Below, piece by piece: positions 27,700 to 43,100 of a stretch of 64,000 bases of DNA (positions within the stretch are counted from its first letter, which is position 1; each line of letters opens with the position of its first letter). The stretch lies in NCBI RefSeq assembly GCF_009914755.1, contig NC_060937.1; one strand, given 5' to 3'. A program made the translations under genes and the position numbers. Source of the stretch: the human T2T-CHM13v2.0 reference genome, Homo sapiens. The notes under the pieces were generated by a model. The model was not told the DNA's origin and did not search any database. It worked only from the letters and a program-made list of their open reading frames with translations.

Positions 27700-30600
27700 A
27701 AGAGGAATGGAAAGGTATGGAGTGAAGAGGAATGAAAGGGAATGGAGTGGAATGGAGTGGATTGGAATGGAGATGAATGGACTGGGGGGAATGGAGTGAA
27801 GTGGAGAGGATTGGAATGGAGTGGAGTGGAATGGAATGGAGTGGAATGGATTGGAATTTAGTGGAGTGGATTGGAATGAAATGGAATGGAATGGAGCGGA
27901 GTGGATTAGACTAGAGTGGAATGGAATGAAGAGGAGCAGAGTGGAGTGAAGTGGAGTGGATGGTAATGGGATGGAATGGAATGGAGTTTAGTGGAGTGGA
28001 GAAGAATGGAATGAAGTGGAATGGTGTGGAGTGAAGGGGAGTGCAGTGGAGTGGAATCGAGTGGAATGGAATGGAGTCGGGTGAAGTGAAATAAAATGGA
28101 ATGGGGTGGAATGGAGTGGAATGGAATGGAATGGAATGCAATGGATTGGAATGTAGAGGAGTTTAGAGCAGTAGAGTGGAGTGGAATGGAATGGAATTGA
28201 ATGGAGTAGAGGGGAGTGGTGTGGAGTTGAGTTTAGTGTAGTGGAATGGAGAGGAGTGGGGAAACGTGGAGTTGAGTGGAGTGGAGTGGAATGCAACGGA
28301 GTGTAATGGAATGGAAGGGAATGGAGTGGAGTGGAATGGAATGGAATGGAATGGAATGGAATGGAATGGAATGGAACGGAACGGAATGGATTGGAGTGGA
28401 ATGGAGTTTAGTGTAGTGGAATGGAATTGAGTGAATGGAATGGAATGGAGTGGAGTGGAGTGGAATGGAATGGAATTGAGAAGAAAGGTATGGAATGGAA
28501 TGCAGTGGAGTGGAGTGGAATGGGATGGGATGGAATGGAGTGGAATGCAGTGGAGAAAATTGGAGTGGGGTGGAATGGCATGGAATGGAATGTAAAGGAA
28601 TGGAGATAAATGGAATGGAGTGGAACGGAATGGAGTGTAGTGGAATGGAAAGGAATGGAGTCGAGTGGAAAGGAATGGAATGGAATGGAGTGGAGAGGAG
28701 ATGAATGGATTGGAGTGGAGTGGAGTGGAGTGAAGCAGAGTGCTGTGAAATGGAGAGAAGTGGAGTGGAGTGGAGAAGAATGGAATGGAGTGGAGTGGAG
28801 TGGAAATGAATGGAGTGAAGAGGACTGGAATGGAGTTTAGTGACTTGGAGTTGCGTGGAACTGAATGGAATGGAAAGGAATGGAATGGAGTAGAATGGAG
28901 TGGAATAGAATGGAATGGATTTAAATGGAATGGAGTTGAATCGAATGCAGTGGAACAGAATGGAGTGCAGTGGCATGGAATGGAATGTAGTGCAGTGGAA
29001 CGGAATGAAAACGGATGGAATGGAATGGAGTGGAGTGGAGTAGAGTGGAATGGAAAGGAGTGGAGTCTTGTGGATTTGAGTGAAGTGGAGTGGAATGGAG
29101 TGGAATGGAATGGAATGGTGTGGGGCAGAAGGAGTGAAGTGGAAAGGAATGGAGTGGAGTGGAGTGAAATGGATTGGAGCCGAGAAGAATGGAAAGGAGT
29201 GGAGTAAAGTGGAAGAAAATTGAATGGAGTGGAATGGAGTGGATTGGAATCGAGTGGAATGGACCGGAGTGGAATGGAATGAAGTGGAGAGGATTGGAAT
29301 GGAATGGAATGTAGTGGAGTGGATTGGAATGAAATGGAATTGAATGGATTGGAGTGGAGTGGAGAGGACTGGAATGGAATGGAATGGAGTGGAGTGGAGA
29401 GGAGTGAAGTGGAGTGGAGGATAGTGGGATGGAATGGAATGGAGTTTAGTGGAGTGGAGAAGAATGGAATGGAGTGCACTGGAGTGGAATGGAGAGGAGT
29501 GAAGTGGAAAGGAGTGAAGTGGAGTGGAGTGAATTGGAGTGGAGTTGAGTGGAATCGAGTGGAATGGAATGGAGTGGAGTGAAGAGGAATAAAATGGAAT
29601 GGAGTGGAATGGAGTGGAATGGAATGGAACGGAGAGGAGTTTAGAGCAGTGGAGTGGAGTGGATTGGAATGGAATCGAATTGAATGGAGTGGAGGGGAGT
29701 GCCATGGACTTGAGTTTAGTGTAGTGGAATGGAGTGGAGTGGGGTAGCGTGGAGTTGAGTGGAGTGGAGTGGAATGGAATGGAGTATAACGGAGTGGAGT
29801 GGAATGGAGTGCATTGGAGTGGAATGGAATGGAATCGAATCGAATCAAATGGAGTGGAAAGGAATGGAATTTAGTGGATTGGAAAGGAATTGAGTGGAAT
29901 GGTATGGAATGGAATGGAATGGAATGGAGTAGAGTGGAGTGGAGTCGAATGGAAATGAGTGGAATGGTGTGGAATGGAATTGAATGGAGTGGAGTAGAGT
30001 GGAATGGAGTGGAACGGGATGGGATGCAATGGAGTAGAGTGCAGTGGAGAATATTGGAGTGCAGTGGAATGGCATGGAATGGAATGGAATGGAATGTAAA
30101 GGAACTGAGTTAAATGGAATGGAGTGGAATGGAATGGAGTGCAATGGAATGGGGTGGAGTGGAGTGGAAAGGAATGGAGTGGAGTGGAATGGAAGGGAAT
30201 GGAATGGAGTGGAGTGGAGTTGAATGGATTGGAGTGGCGTGGAATGGAATGCAATGAAGCGGAGTGGTGTTGAATGGAGAGCAGTGGAGTGTAGTGGAGT
30301 GGAATGGAATGCAGTAGAGTGGAAAGGAATGGAGTGGAGTTGAAAGGATCGGAGTGGAGAGGAGTAGAATTGAGTGGAGTGAAGAGGAGTGGACTGGAGT
30401 TTAGTGGCGTGGAGTCGCGTGGAACAGAATGGAACGGAAAGGAATGGAATGGAGTAGAATGGAGTGGAATGGAATGGAATGGAGTTAAATGGAATGGAGT
30501 TGAACGGAATGGAGTAGAATGGAATGGAGTGAGGGGGAATGGAATGGAATGTAGTGGAGTGGAATGGAATTGAATCAGATGGAATGGAATGAGGTGGAGT

Positions 30601-30800
30601 GGAGCCGAGTGGAATGGAATTGAGGGGAGTCTTGTGGAGTGGAGTGATGTGGAGTGGATTGGAGTGGAAAGGAATAGAATAGAGTGGAGCGGAGTGGAGT
30701 GGAGTGGAACGGAATGGAGTGGAGTGGAGTGAAATGGAGTGGGGTTAAGGGGAATGGAAAGGAGTGGATTGAATTGGAATGAAATGGATTGGAGTGGTAT
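27700..30800 (+). repeat. Diverged tandem duplication, about 1.5 kb unit
   Basis: tttagagcagt at 28162 and 29640 (offset 1478); gcgtggaac at 28853 and 30417 (offset 1564); agtcttgtgga at 29064 and 30628. Confidence 0.8.
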
Positions 30801-33169
30801 GGAGTGGACTGGAATGGACTGGAAGGGACTGGAGTGGAAAGGAATGAAGTGGAGAGGATTGGAATGGAATGGAATGGAATGGAGTGCAGTGGAGTGGAAG
30901 GGAATAGGGTGGAATGACATAGTGCAGAAAGAGTGGAGGAGAATGGAAAGGAAGGTAATGGAGTTGAGTGGAAGAAAGTGAAATATTGTGGAGGGGAATG
31001 GAGTGGAATGGAGTGAAAAGGAGTGGAATTTAATGGAATGGAATAGAATGGAAAGTAGTGGTGTGGAGTGGAGTGGAGTGGATTAGAGTGGTGTGGAAAG
31101 GAATGTAATGAAATGGAATGGAAAGGATTGGAATGGAACTGAATGGAATGGAACGGAATGCAATGGAATTAAATGAAATGGAATGGAATGGATTGGTTTG
31201 GAGTGGAATGAAGTGGAATGGAATGGAGTGTAGTGGAATTGAATGGAATGGAGTGGTGCAGAAAGGAATTGAATGGAATGGAATGCAATGGAATGGAGTA
31301 GAGTGGAATGGAACTGAAAGGAGTTAAGTGAATGGAATGGAGTGGATAGTAGAGGAGTGGTGTGGAGTGGACCGGAGTGGAGTGGATTTGAGTAGAGTGG
31401 AATGGAGAGGAATGGAGTGGAATGGAATGGAATGGCGTTGAGTGGAGTGGAATGGAGTGCAGTGGAGAGGAATGGAATGCACTGAATTGGGGAAGAGTGG
31501 AATGGAATGGAATGTGGTTTGAAAAGGAATGAAATGGAATTGAGTGCAGTGGAGTGTAATGGGGTGGAATGGAATGGAGAGGAATGGAGTGGAGTCGAGT
31601 GAAGTGCATTGGAATGGAATGGAATGTAGTGGAGAGAAGTGGACTAAAGTGGAGTGGTCGGAATGGAATGGAATGCAGTGGAATGGAATGCAATGGAATG
31701 GAATGTAGTGGAGTGGAGTGGAATGGAGTGTAATGGAGTGGAATGGAATTGAGAGGAACGGTATGGAACGGAATGGAGTGGACTGGAGTGGAGTAGAGTG
31801 GAGTGGAGTGGAAAGGAATGAGATGGAGTAGATTGCAATGGAATGGAGTGGAATGGAATGCCGTTAAACGGAATGGAGTGGAATAGAATGGAGTGGAGGG
31901 GAATGGAACGGAATGGAGTGGAATGGAATGAAATGGGATGGAATGGAATGGAATGGAATGGAGTGGAGTGGAGTGGAGTTGAATGGAATGGAGTGGAGTG
32001 GAGTGGAGAGGAGTGAAGCGGAGTGGAGTGGAGTGGAATGGAATGAAGTGTAGTGGAGTGGAGTGGATTGGAGTGGAAATGAGTGGAGTGAAGTGGAGTG
32101 GAGTTTATTGAGCTGGAGTCGAGTGGAACAGAATGGAATGGAATGAATGGAATGAAATGGAATGGAAGAGACGGAAGTTAAAAGGAATGGAGTGGAATGG
32201 AATGGAGGGCAGTGGCATGGAATGGAATGGACTGGAGTGGAATGGAATGAAAAGGAATGGAATGGAATGGAGGGGAGAGGAATCGAGAGGAATGCAATGG
32301 AGTATAGTCTTGTGGAGTGGAGTGGAGTAGAGTGGAATGGAATGGAGTGGAGTGCAGTGGAATGCAGTGAAGTCGTGAGGAATGGAACGGAGTTGAGTGA
32401 AGTGGAATAAAATGGAGTGGATTTTAATTGAGTGGAATGGAATGGAGTGGAATGGAGAGAACTGGAGTGGATTGGAATGGAATGGAATGGAGTGGAGTGC
32501 AGTGGAATGGAACGGGGTGGAATGGAATAGAGTGGAAGGAGTGGATTGGAATGGAAAGGAATGTAATGGAGTTGAGCGGAATAAAGTGGAATATTGTGAA
32601 TTGGATTGGAGTGGAATGGAGTGGAATGGAATGGAATTGAGTGGAATGAGGTTAAAAGGAGTGGAATATAATAGAATGGAACAGAATGTAAGGTAGTGGC
32701 ATGGAGTGAAGTGGAGTGGATTGCAGTGCTGTAGAATGGAATGCAATGGAAAGGAAAGGAATGGAATGGAATGGAATGGACTGAAATGAAATGGAATGCA
32801 ATGGAATGGAGTGGAGTGGAATGAAGTGGAATGGAATGGAGTCGAGTGGAATGGAATGTCATGGAGTGGACTGGAATGGAATGGAATGGAATGCAAAGGA
32901 ATAGAATACAGTAGAGTTGAATGGAACTGAAAGGAGATAAGTGAAATAGAGTGGAGTAGAGTCGAGTGGAGAGGAGTGGAGTGGAGAGGAGTGCAGTGGG
33001 GTGGAGTGGAATGGAGTGGATGGAGTGGAAAGGAATGGAAAGCAGTACAGTGGAATGGAATGGAGTGGAGTGGAATTGAGTACAGTGGAATGGAGTGGAG
33101 TGGAGAGGAATGCAGTGGATTGGATTGGAGGAGAGTGGAATAGAATGGAATGTAGAGGAGTGGAATGGA

Positions 33170-34850
33170 AGGAAATGGAATTGAATGTGGTGGAGTGGAA
33201 TGGGGTGGAATGGAGTGGAGTTGAGTGAATGGGATGTAATGGAAAGGAATGGAATGGAATGGGATGGAATGGAAAGGAATGGAATGGAATGCAATGGAAT
33301 GGAATGGAATGGAGTGGAATGGAATGGAGTGGAACAAAATGGAGAGGAGAGGAAAGGAATAGAATTAAGTGTAGTAGAATGGAAAGAAATGGAATGGCAT
33401 GGAGTGGACTGGAGTGGAGTGGAAGGTAATGGAGTGGAGTAGAGTGGAGTGAAGTGTAGAGAAGTGGAGCGGAATGGAATGGAATAGAGTGGAGTGGAGT
33501 GGAATAGAATGGAGTGGAGCAAAGTTGAATGGAGAGGAGTGAAGTGGAGTGGAGTGGAGTCAAGTGTAATGGAATGGATTTGAGTGAAGTTGATTAAATT
33601 GGAAAGGAGTGGAATGGAGTGGATAGGAATGGAGTGGAATGGAGCGAAGTTTAGAGGACTGGAGTGGAGTGGATTGGAGTGGAATGGAATGGAATGGATT
33701 GGAGTGGAGTGGAGTGGCATGGAGTTGAGTAGAGTGGTGTGAAATGGTGTGGTTTCGATTGTGGTGGAATGGAATTTCATGGAGAGGAATGGAATGGATT
33801 TGAAGGCAAAGAAATGGAATGGAATGCAATGGAATGGAATGGAGTGGTATAGAATGGAGTGCAATGGAATGGAGGGGAAAGGAGTGAAGTGGAGTGAAAT
33901 GGAATGGAATGGAATGGAGTGGAATAGATTGGAATGGAAAGGAATGGATTGGGGTAGAATGGAGTGGAATGGAATGGAATGGAATGGAATGGAATGGAAT
34001 GGAATGGAATGGAATGGAACGGAACGGAATGGAGCGGAGTGGAGAGGAATGGAACTCGGTGGAATGGATTGGAATGCAGTGGATTGGAATGGAATGGAAT
34101 GGAATGGAATTGAATGGAATCGAATAGAATAGAATAGAAAGGAATGGAATGGAATAGATGGTAGTGGAGTGGAATGTAATGGAGTGGAGTGGACTGGAAT
34201 GTAGTGGAGTGGAATAGAATGGAGTGGAGAGGAGTGCAGTGCAGTGGAATGGAATGGAATAGAATGGAAAGGAATGGAATAGAATGGAATGGAATAGAAT
34301 AGAATGAAATGGAGTGGAATCAAATGGAGTGGAAGGGAATTTAGAGGAGTGGAATGGAATGGAGTGGAGTGGAGTGGAATGGAATAAAATGGAATGGAAC
34401 GGACTGGAGTGGAGTGGCGTGGAATGTAATGGAGGGGAGTAGAGTGGAGTGAAGTGTAAGGGAGTGGAGTGGAATGGAAAGGAACTGAGTGGAATGGAGT
34501 GGATTGGAATTGAATGGAGTGGAGTAGAGGGGAATGGAGTGGAGTGAAGTGGAGTGGAGTGGATTCGAGTCAAGTGGAAGAGAATTGAGATGAGGGAAGT
34601 TGAATAAAATAGAAAGGAGTGGAATGGAGAGGAATGGAAAGGAGTGGAATGGAGAGGAATTTAGAGGACTGGAGTGGAGTGGATTAGAGTGGAATGGAAT
34701 GGATTGGAATGTAGTGGAGTGGAGTGGCGCAGAATTGTATGGAGTGGAGTGGAATGGAGTCTTTGGGATTTTGGTGGAATGGAAGGTATTTTTAGTGGAA
34801 TGGAGTGGAATGGAATGGAATGGAGTGGAATGGAATGGAATGGAATGGAA
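33170..34850 (+). repeat. Diverged tandem duplication, about 1.0 kb offset
   Basis: ggagtagagtggagtgaagtgta at 33436 and 34436; tttagaggactggagtggagtggatt at 33650 and 34660. Confidence 0.72.
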
Positions 34851-37199
34851 AGTAATGGAATGGAATGAAATGAAATGGAATGGAATGGAATGGAATTTAA
34901 AGGAAAGGAGTGGAATGGAATGGAGTAGAATGGAGTGAAGAGGAATGCAGTGGAGTGTAGTGGAAAGCAATCGAGTGGAAAAGAATGGAATGGAGTGGAA
35001 TAGATTGGAATGGAATGGAATGGAGTGTGGTGGAATGGAGTGTAATGAAGTAGAATGAATGGAATGGATTGGAATGGAATGGAATTGAAGGGAATGAAAT
35101 GGAGTGGAATGGTGTGGAAGGGAATGGAATGGGGTGGAATGGATTAGAATGGGGTGGATTGTAGTGGAATGGAATTGAATGGAGTGGAGTGGAATGGAAT
35201 GAAATAGAATGGAATTGAATGGAATGGAATGGAAAGGAATGGAATGTAAAAGAATGGAATGGAAAGGAATGTAATGGAATGTAGTGGAGTGGATTGGAAT
35301 GGAGTGTCGTGGAATGGAATGGAGTGGTGTGGAATTGAATGGAGTGGAGTGGAGTGGAATGGAATGGAATGGTGTGGATAGCAGTGGCGTGGAGTGGAGT
35401 GGAATGGAATGGAATGGAATGGAATGGAACGGAGTAGAATGGAATGGTGTGGAAGTCAATGGAGTCCAATGCAATGGGGTGGAATGTAGTTGAATGAAAT
35501 GCTGTGGAGTGGAATGTAATGAAATGGTATGCAATGGAACGGGGTGGAATGGAGTGGAATGGTTTGGAATGAAATGAAACGGAGATGAGTGGAGTGGAGT
35601 GCATTGGAATGGAGTGGAATGCATTGTAATGTTATGGAATGGAATGGAGTGAAGTGGAAAGGAGTGGAGTGGAGAGGAATGGAATGGAATGAAATGAAAT
35701 GGAGTGGAGTGGAGTGGAATGGAATGGAGTGGTATGTAGTGGTGTGGAGAGGAAATTAATGGAATGGAGTGGATTGGAATGGAATGGAAAGTGGAGTAGA
35801 GTTGAATGCGATGGAATGGAATGGAATGGAATTCAGTTAAAAGGAATGGAGTGGATTGGAATTCAGTGGAATAGAATGGAAAGGAGTGGTGTGGAATGGA
35901 ATGGAATGGAGTGGAGTGGATTTGAATGAAATTGAATGGAATGGAATGCAGGGGAGTGGAGTGGAGTGGAATGGAATGGAGTTGAGTGGAGTGGAGAGGA
36001 GTGGAGTGAAGTGGATCGGAGTAGAGTGTAATGGAATAGAACGGATTTCAGTGGAGTGGAGTGGAATGGAATGGAGTGGAGTTGAGTGGAATGGATTGGA
36101 GTGGAGTGGAGGCGAGTGGAGTGGAATTGATTGGAGTGAAGTAGAATAAAAAGGAATGGTGTGGATGGAGTGTATTTGAATGGATTGGAACGGAATGGAG
36201 TTTAGAGGCGTGGAGTGGAATGGAGTGGATTAGAAAGGAATGGAGTGGAGTGGAATGCATTGTAGTGGCGTGGAGTCAAGTGGAGTGGAGTGGAATGGAG
36301 TGGTTCTTATGGTGGTGGAATAGAATGGAATGGAGTGGAATGGAATGGAATGGTGTAGAATAGAAAGGAATGGAAGTGAAAGTAAGGGAGTGGAATAGAA
36401 TGGATTGGAATGCAGTGGATTGCAATGGAATGGAATGGAGTGGAATGGAATGGAATGGAATTCAATGGAATTGAGTGGAGAGGAGTTTAATGGAATAAAA
36501 TGGAGTGGTATAGAATTGAATGGAATGGAGTAGAGTGGAGTGGAGTGAAATGCAATGGAGGGGAGTGAAGGGGAATGAAATAGAATGCAATGGAATGGAA
36601 TTGTATGGAATGGAGTGGAGGTGAAAGGGATCGAGAGGAGTGAAATTGAATGGAAAGGAATGTTATGGAATTGAAAGCAACGGAATGGAAGGGAGTGGAT
36701 TGCAATGGAATGGAATGGAATGGAGTGGAATGGAGTGGAGTGGAGAGCAGTGGAATGGAACGGTGTCGAGTGGAGTGGGGTGGAACAGAGTGGAATGGAA
36801 TGGAGTGGAGTGGAATGGAGTCGAGTGGATTCGAATCGAGTGGAATAGAATGGAAACGAATAGAATGGAAAGGGATGCAGAAGAGAGGAATGCAGTGGAA
36901 TGGGTTGGAGTGGAATGCACTGCAGTGGAGTGGATTGGAAAGGAATGGAGTGGAATAGAATGTAGTAGAATGGAGTGGAGTGAAGTGGAAAGGAATGGAG
37001 TGAAATGGATAGGAGTGGAAAGGAGTGGAACGGTTTGGAGTAGAATGTAGTGGAATCAAGTGGAGTGGAAAGGAATGGAACGGAATGCATTAGAATGGAA
37101 TGGAATGGAGTGGAATTGAGTGGAGAGGAATGGAATGGAATAGAATGAAATGGAATGGAACAGAGTGGAATGGAATGTAATGGAATGTAGTGGAGTAGA

Positions 37200-40100
37200 G
37201 TGGAATATAATGGAAAGTACGGAAGTGGAATGGAATGGAGTGGAATGGAATGGAATCGAATGCAATTTATTGGAATAGAGTGGAATGGAATGGAATGGAT
37301 TGGAATGGAATGGAGTGGAGAGGTATGGACTGGAAGGGAGAGGATTGGAGTGGAGAAAAGTGCAGTGGAATCGTGTGGAATGGAGTGAAATATAACGGAA
37401 TCTATAGGAGTGGAATGGAATGGAGTGGAGTGGAATGGAATGGAGTGGAGTGGAATGTAATGGACAGGAATGATATGGAGAGAAATGGAGTTGAGTGGAA
37501 TGGAAAGTAATGGAGTGAAATAGCATGGAATGGAATCGAGTGGAGTTGAATGGAATGGAATGGAGTGGAATTGAGAGGAGTGGAGTGGAGTGGAATGGAT
37601 TGCACTGGAATGGAAGGGAATTCTCTTGAATGGAATAAAATGGAATGGAATGGAGTGGAATGGAATGGATAGGAATGAAGTGCAGTTGTGAGGAATGGAA
37701 TGGAATGGAGTGCAACGGATTGGAGTGGAATGAGGTGGAATGAAATTAATTAGAGTGGAATGGATTGGAATGGAATGGAATGGACTGCAATCGAGTGGCG
37801 TGGGTGGAATGCAATGAAATGGAATGGAGCGGAGTGGAGTGGAGTGGAACGGAATGGAATGCAGTGGATTAGAGTGGCATGGTTGGAATTGAATGAAATG
37901 GAATGGAATGGAGTGCAGTGGAATGCAATGGTGTAGAGTGGTGTGGAGGGGAGTGGAGTGGAGTGAAATGTTGTGGAGTGGAGTGGAATGGAGAAAAACG
38001 GAATGGAATGGAGTGGAATCGAATGGAGAGGAATGGAATGGAGTGGAATGGAGTGGAATGGAATGGAATGGAATGGACTGGAATAGTATGGAATGGAATG
38101 CTATTGATCGAATGGAATGGAGTGTATTTGAATGGAAGACAATGGAATGGAATGGACTGGCGGTTGGTGGAGTGGTGTAGACTGGAGTTGAATGGAATGG
38201 AATGGAATGGAGTAGAATGGAATGGAATGCAATGGAATAAAGGGGAATGGAATGGAATGGAAAGGAGTGGAGGGGAATGGAATCAAAAGGAATGAAAAGG
38301 AATTTTGGGGAGTGGAATGGAAATGAAAGGAATAAAATGCAATGGAGTGGATTGGAGTCGAGTGAAGTGGAATGGAATGGAGTGTAATGGAGTGGTATAG
38401 AATGGAATGGAATGGAGTGGAGTGGAGAGAAAGGAGTGGAGTGGAGTGGAAGGGAGTGGAGTGGAAGGGATTGGAATGGAATGCAATGCAGTGGAATAGA
38501 ATGGAATCAATAGGAGTGGAATGGAATGGAGTGGAATGGAATGCAGGCGAGTGGAATGGAATGGGCTGGAATGGAATGTAGAGAAATGGATTGGGGTGGA
38601 AGGGAATGAAATGGAGTGGAATGGAGTGCAGTGGAATGGTGTGAAGTGGAATGGAATTAAACGGAATGGAATGGAGCGGAGTGCACTGAAGAGGAATGGA
38701 GTGGAGTGCAATGGAATGGAATGGACTGAAATGGAATTGTTTGGAATGGAAAGGAATGTGGTGGAATGTAACGGAATGGAGAGGAATGGATTGGAGTGGA
38801 ATGGAATGGAGTGGAAAGGAATGGAAAGTAATGGAGTTTACTGGAATGCAATGGAATGAAATGGAATGGAATGGAATGGAATGCAATTGAATGGAGTGGA
38901 ATGCAATGGAATGGAATCGAGTGGATTGGATTGGAATGGAATGGAATAGAATGGAACAGATTGGAACGGAATGGAGTGGAACGGAATGGATTGTAATGGA
39001 ATGGAATGGAATAGAATCGAATCGAATGGAATGGAAGGGAAGGAAAAGGAATAGAATGGAATGGATTAGAATGGAAGGGAGTGGAGTGGAATGGAATGGA
39101 ATCGAGTGTAGTGGAATGGAATGGAGTGGAATGGATTGGAATGGAATGGAATGGAATGGAATAGAATGGAATGGAATGGAGGGGATTGTAGTGGAGGGCT
39201 GTGGATAGGAATCGAGGGGAGTGGAATGGATTGGAATGGAAGGGAATGGAATGGAATCGAATGGAGTGGAGGGGATTGGACTGGAGGGCTGTGGATTGGA
39301 ATGGAGTGGAATCGAATGGAATGGAATGGAGTGGAGTGGAATGAGGTAGAGTGAAATGAAATGGAAGGGAATGGAGTGGAGTGGGGTGGAATGGAATTGA
39401 GTGTAATGGTGGGGAGAGGATTGGACAGGAGTAGAGTGCAGTGGAATGGAGAGTAGCGGAGTGGAGTGGAATGGAATTAAATGGAATGGAATGGAGTCGA
39501 ATGGAATGTAGTGGAATGGAGAGGAGTGCAATTGAATGGATTGGAATGGAATGGGGTGGAATGAAATGGAGTGGAATGGAATGGAGTGTATAGGACAGGA
39601 ATGCAATAAAGTGGAATGGATTGGAGAGGAGTGGAACCGAATAGAATGGAGTGGAAATGAATGAAATGGAAAGGAATGGAGTGGATTGGAATGGAGTGAC
39701 GTGGAATGGATTGCAATGGACTGGATTGGAATGGACTGGAGTGGAATGGAGTAGATTGAAATGAAATGTAATGGAATGGAATGCAATGGAATGGAATAGA
39801 AAGGAGTGGAATGGAGTGTAATGGAAAGGAACGGATCAGAATTGAATGGAATGGAATGGAGTGGAATGTAGTGGAGTGGAATGGAATGGAGTGGAGTGAA
39901 GTGGATTGGAACAGAATGGAATGGCATGGAATGGAATGGAGTGGATTTCAATGGAATGTAATAGAATGGAGAGGAATGTAGTGGAGTGGAGTGCTGTGGA
40001 ATGGAATGGTGTGGAGTGGAGTGGAGGGGAATGGTGTGGAAAGAATGGAGTGGAGTGGAGCGGAATGGAGTGGAGTGGAGGGGAATACAAAGGAATAGAA

Positions 40101-43100
40101 TGGAAAAGAATTGAATGGAGTGGAATGCAGAAGAGAGGAGTGGAGTGCAATGGATTGGAGTGGAATGTAATGCAGTGGAGTGGATTGGACTGGAATTTAG
40201 TGGAATGGAATGGAAACGAGTACAATGGAATGGAATGGAATGGAATGGAGTGGGGTGGAGTGGAATGGAATGGAGTGGAAAGCAGTTGAGTGCAGTGGAT
40301 AGGAATGGAATTTAGTGGAATGGAATGGAGTGGCATTGAATGAAATGGAATGGAATGGAATGGATTGTGGTGGAGTGGATTGGAATTGAGTGGAGTGGTA
40401 TAGAATGCAATGGAATGGAGTGGAGGGCAACGGAGTGGAGTGGGGTCGAGGGGAATAGAATGGAATGGAGAGAAATTGAAAGGATTTCACTTGAATTGAG
40501 TGGATTAAAGAGGATTGGTATGGAACGGAGAGGATTGGAAAGGAGTGGAATGGATTGGAGTGCAGTGGAGTAGATTGGAATGGAGTGGAGCGTAATGGAA
40601 TGGAATGGAATGGAGTGGAACGGAGTAGAGTGAAATGGAATGGAGTGGAACGGAGTGGAGTGAAATGGAATGGAGTGGAACGGAATGGAGTGGAATTGAT
40701 TGGAGTGTAGTGGAGTGGAATGGAAAGGAATGAAATGGAGTGGAGCGTAATGGAATGGAGTGGAACGGAATGGAGTGGAATTGATTGGAGTGTAGTGGAG
40801 TGGAATGGAAAGGAATGAAATGGAGTGGAGCGTAATGGAATAGAAAGGTTTGGAGTGGAGTGGAATGGAATGGAGTGGAATGCAATGGAGTGGGGTGGAG
40901 GGGAATGGAATTGAGTGGAGTGGAATAGAAGGGAATGGAATAGAATATCGTGGAGTGAAGTGGAGTGAGGTCGACTGGATGGTAATTGAAAGGAATGGAA
41001 TGCAATGGAATGGAACGTAGTGGAATGGAAAACAGAGGAATGCAAAGGAATGGAGTGGAATGGAATGGACTAGAGTGGAGTGAAGTTGAATGGAATGTAC
41101 TCGAATGGCATGGAAAGAAATGGAATACAATGGAGTGGAGTGGAATGGATTGGAGGAGAGAAATGGAATGAAATGCAATGGAGTGGAGGGGAGTGAAGTG
41201 GAATGGAAACGAGAGGAATGTAGTGGAGTGAAGTGGATTGGAATGGAATATAGTGGAGCTGAATGGAATGGAGTGGAATGAAATGGAACGAAATGTAATT
41301 GAATGGAAAGGAGTGAAGTGGAGTGGAATGGAATTGAGTACACTGATATGGAATGGAATGGAATGGAATGGAATGGAATGGAGTGGAGTGGAGTGGAGTG
41401 GAGTGGGGTCGACTGGAATGGAATTGAATGGAATGGAATGGAATTGAATGGAATGGAATGGAATTGAATGGAATGGAATGGAATAGATTGGAATGGAAAT
41501 GAATAGAATGCGATGGAGGGGAGTGCAATGAAATGGAACGAAAGCATTGGAATCGAATGGAGTGGAATATAATAGCATGGAATAGATGGGAATGGAATGG
41601 AGTGGAATGGAGTGGAGTGGAATGGAATAGAGCGGAATGGATTGGAGGTGAGTGGAATGCAATGGAGTGGGATGGAGTGGAGTGGAATGGAATCGAATGG
41701 ATTCCTGTGGAAAGGAATGAATTGGAATGCATTGGAGAGGAATGGAGAGGAATGGAGTGTAGTGCAAAGGAATGAAGAGGAATGGAATGGAGTGGAATAG
41801 AGTTGAGTGGAGTGGAATAGATTGGAGTGTAATGGAGTTTAGTGGTGTGGAATGGAATGCCGTGGAATGGAGTTGAATGGAGTGGAATGGAATGGAATGG
41901 AATGGAATGGAACGGATTTGAATGGAATGGAGTGGAATGGAATTGAGTGGAATTGAGTGGAGTGGAGAAAACTGCAGTGGAGAGGGGTCGAGTGGATGGG
42001 AATGGAATGGAATGGAATTGAGTGTAAAGGAATGGAGTGGAGAGGAATGGAATGGAATGGAGTGGTGTGGAATGGAGTGGAAAGGAATGGAATGGAATGC
42101 AATGTAGAGGAGTGGTGTGGTGTGGAATGGAATGGAGTGGACTGGGATGGAATGAAATGGAATTGAATTTAATGGAATGGAATGGAATGGAGAGGATGGG
42201 AGTTTAGTGGAATGGAATAGATTGGAATGGAGTGGAGTAGAATGTAACGGAATGGAATTGAGTGGAGTGGAATAGAATGGAATGGATTGGAATTTAATGG
42301 ACTGGACAAGAGTGGAATGGAGTTGAGTAGAGTGAAGTGGAATTGAATGGAATGGAATGGAGCGGAATGCTGTGGAGTGGACTTGAGTGGAATGGAATAC
42401 AGTGGAGTGAAGTTGAATGGAAAGGAATGGAATGGAATGGAATGGAGTGGAGTGGAATAGAATGGAGGAGAATGGAATGGAATGGAATGGTGTGGAGTGT
42501 AATTGAATGGAATGGAATGCAGTGGAATTGAAAGGAAAGGAATGGAATGCAATGAAATGGAGTGGAGTGGAGTGGAGTGGAATGGAATGGAGAGCAGTGA
42601 AGTGGAATTTAATAGAATGTAATGGAATGGAGTGGAATGGAATGGAGTGGTGTGAAATGAAAAGGAATGGAATGGAATGGAATGGATTGGAAAAGAATGG
42701 AATGGAGGGGAATGGAATGGAATGGAAGGGACTGGAATGGCTTCGAGTGGAGTGTAGTGGAATGGAGTGGAATAGAATGGAAAGGAGTGGAATGGAATCG
42801 AATGAGTGGAACGGAATGGAATGCAATGGAATGGAATGGAATGGAATGTAGTGGAGCAGAGTGGAATGGAATGGAATGGAATATAGAGTAGTGGAATGGA
42901 ATGGAATGGAATGCAATGGAATGGAATGGAGTGGAATAGAATGGAATGGAATGCAATGGAATGGAATGGAGTGGAGAGGTATGGAGTGGAGGGGAGTGGA
43001 TTGGAGTGGAGAGGAATGGAGTGGAATCTTGTTCAATGGAGTGGAATATAATGGAATCAAGTGGAGTGGAATGGATTGGAGTGGAGTGGAATGGAGTGGA

